Shown here: piece by piece, positions 25,174-26,641 of the stretch
Position numbering within the stretch: position 1 is the first letter of the stretch
Layout: the number at the start of each line of letters is the position of its first letter
IMG/VR virus record: IMGVR_UViG_3300044724_002573
Location: 1 to 26,641 of that record
Source of the DNA: a virus
Lineage: Duplodnaviria > Caudoviricetes
DNA length: 26,641 nt
Strand: one strand, 5' to 3'
The notes under the pieces: model-generated
Database searches by the model: none
Seen by the model: the letters and a program-made list of their open reading frames with translations, nothing else
What the model was told of the DNA's origin: nothing
Program-made: the position numbers and the translations under genes

Positions 25174-25623
25174 TCAGTCAGTGATCATTCTCGTCTCAGC
25201 GCGAGAATTTGCAGAAAGTTGTACAAGCAGATCCTTTCTATGAGACATAGATTGGACTAGTGACTTGAGGAGACCCTGCTTGTAACGCTTCTCCTCAAGA
25301 TTCTTCTTCATAGTATATAGGGTATCATCACGGCCAACATAGTCATCGACGGCAGCGACCGTTGCCCTTGCTCCAGCCTTGATAATAGCATCACGGGCGT
25401 CATTTTTCAAGTCCACCTCATGCTTTTCCATCTCTACCTCGTAATCCTTTACATTCTTAGTGGCATACTCTAGTAGACCACAGTAGTAGGAATACAGACG
25501 AGAGTGCTTAAGGATCTCATCGTTTACAGAAAACTTATCAATACTAAGCAGGCTGTCCGCGAGGGTAAGGTAAAGATCCATGTCTAGATCCTCGTATGCT
25601 CTCAGTAGATCTTCACTCTTCAT
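25174..25623 (-). CDS. UvsY-like recombination mediator
   Basis: Helical ~150-aa protein between the helicase and SSB genes; context and size fit. Confidence 0.65.
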   Translation of the reverse strand: MKSEDLLRAYEDLDMDLYLTLADSLLSIDKFSVNDEILKHSRLYSYYCGLLEYATKNVKDYEVEMEKHEVDLKNDARDAIIKAGARATVAAVDDYVGRDDTLYTMKKNLEEKRYKQGLLKSLVQSMSHRKDLLVQLSANSRAETRMITD

Positions 25624-25984
25624 CGAATAGTACACTCCATAGTTCAGGATTCAGGTGTCGAAACAATAGTAGTCCACGGGTAGCGGATTCTACAACAAAT
25701 TCGTTAGTTGTTGTAAGATCCACAGTAGCATCCTCGTCGTTAGCCCTCAGGCCCATTGTAGAAAAGATAACATGGAAGATCTCATGTAGCAGCGTCGGGC
25801 GAAGCACTTTGTCCTCGGCAGTATCATCCAATACTATAGCCATCTTATCGAAGTCGGTGAGACCTAAGCACTCATCGCCATCCAAGGTTATCTTCTTCTC
25901 AAATTTGATAGAGAAGGTGCCCCATCCATAGAACACCTCCCCTACATCCTTAATTTTCTGCTTCAGGCTCTTGGTTCTCGTCAT
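25613..25984 (-). CDS. HExxH metallopeptidase-like phage protein
   Basis: CLGLTD...TLLHEIFH...NE..V. Confidence 0.7.
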   Translation of the reverse strand: MTRTKSLKQKIKDVGEVFYGWGTFSIKFEKKITLDGDECLGLTDFDKMAIVLDDTAEDKVLRPTLLHEIFHVIFSTMGLRANDEDATVDLTTTNEFVVESATRGLLLFRHLNPELWSVLFDEE

Positions 25985-26641
25985 GGTCAACCTCTTGCAT
26001 AACCAACACATTATAGTTGATGGTCATGGGGATGACGAACCTAGCCTTGCCGTTCCTGGCTTTCATAACATAGGCTCGCATCATACCCTCATCGAACTCT
26101 TCTTCGTCTTGGTTGAGAGAGATTGCAAGGTCCACCACACGGAACTTACCATAGGAATCTCCTAGGTGTTCATCAGTGATTAGACGGGCTCCACGACCTG
26201 CACGGTTGGTCTGAGTAGCAGTCCAGATCAACATGTCCTGCTCCACACCAATGCCTCGTAGCTCCTCTGCAATACGCTGCTGGGCTTCATACTCACTCAT
26301 GCCTTCACGGACTGGACGGAGTAGTTCCATGTAGTCGATGACAAGCACATCAGGCACAAAGTCCTCGTAGCTCTTAAGTTGATTCAGGTAGGCCCGAATC
26401 GTGTTAACATTCGCCATCCCTGTGGGGAACTCCTTGATACGGAGGTTGGCCTTAGGGAAACGATCCTGAAAGATCTTGTGACGCTGACGGAGCATCTTCT
26501 GCTCACGCTCTTGCCCAAGAAGCTTTTGGGGGATCAGAGTGGAGATAGAGTCGATGCGTTGACCCACTCTATCTTCACTCATCTCCAACGATATATAAAC
26601 AACTTTCAGGTTTTCAATCAGACATTTCACTGCCTGATTGG
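25950..26641 (-). CDS. DnaB/gp41-like replicative helicase, C-terminal part (truncated by the window edge)
   Basis: Motifs YISLEMSE, IKEFPTG, VIDYMELL, WTATQTNR, GDSY and KARNG. Confidence 0.9.
   Translation of the reverse strand, partial: NQAVKCLIENLKVVYISLEMSEDRVGQRIDSISTLIPQKLLGQEREQKMLRQRHKIFQDRFPKANLRIKEFPTGMANVNTIRAYLNQLKSYEDFVPDVLVIDYMELLRPVREGMSEYEAQQRIAEELRGIGVEQDMLIWTATQTNRAGRGARLITDEHLGDSYGKFRVVDLAISLNQDEEEFDEGMMRAYVMKARNGKARFVIPMTINYNVLVMQEVDHDENQEPEAEN

Noticed and set aside
13940-26165. Plus-strand ORFs within the Clp, RecA, GT, SSB and helicase genes
   Set aside because: Antisense shadows of well-conserved minus-strand genes.

Overview
A 26.6-kb segment of a large tailed dsDNA phage with a T4-like replication and recombination toolkit. 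Genes are densely packed and mostly on the minus strand. From right to left: a partial DnaB/gp41-like helicase, an HExxH protein, UvsY-like and gp32-like SSB genes, and a lipoprotein. Next is an eight-gene glycan-modification cluster (four GT2/GT-B glycosyltransferases, a GT-D-fold protein, two methyltransferase-like proteins, a UDP-GlcNAc 2-epimerase). Then come a MazG-like pyrophosphatase, RecA/UvsX, a single-module Clp ATPase, and a four-tRNA cluster (Ile-UAU, Leu-UAA, Asn-GUU, Arg-UCU) with a second deaminase gene embedded in it. Further left are a secreted beta-helix protein, a plus-strand island of basic or membrane proteins, DenV-like glycosylase, dCMP deaminase, DUF3310, a sigma-like factor, DUF4406, many small early-type ORFs, a thermonuclease and an HNH nuclease. 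The left end holds a ~500-bp repeat- and hairpin-rich intergenic region. Most notable: (1) two promoter/translation classes, sigma70-like CTANNAT with leaderless starts versus TANATA plus Shine-Dalgarno; (2) a structured intergenic element carrying a perfect 13-nt match to the 16S rRNA 3' end; (3) a recurring Y[DE]R[IL]xxLL[IVM]E peptide tag on basic proteins; (4) a strand-polarised ATTTGACTTTT motif; (5) a deaminase gene spanning the gap between tRNA-Ile(UAU) and tRNA-Leu(UAA). All family calls come from motif recognition by eye, with no database searches.
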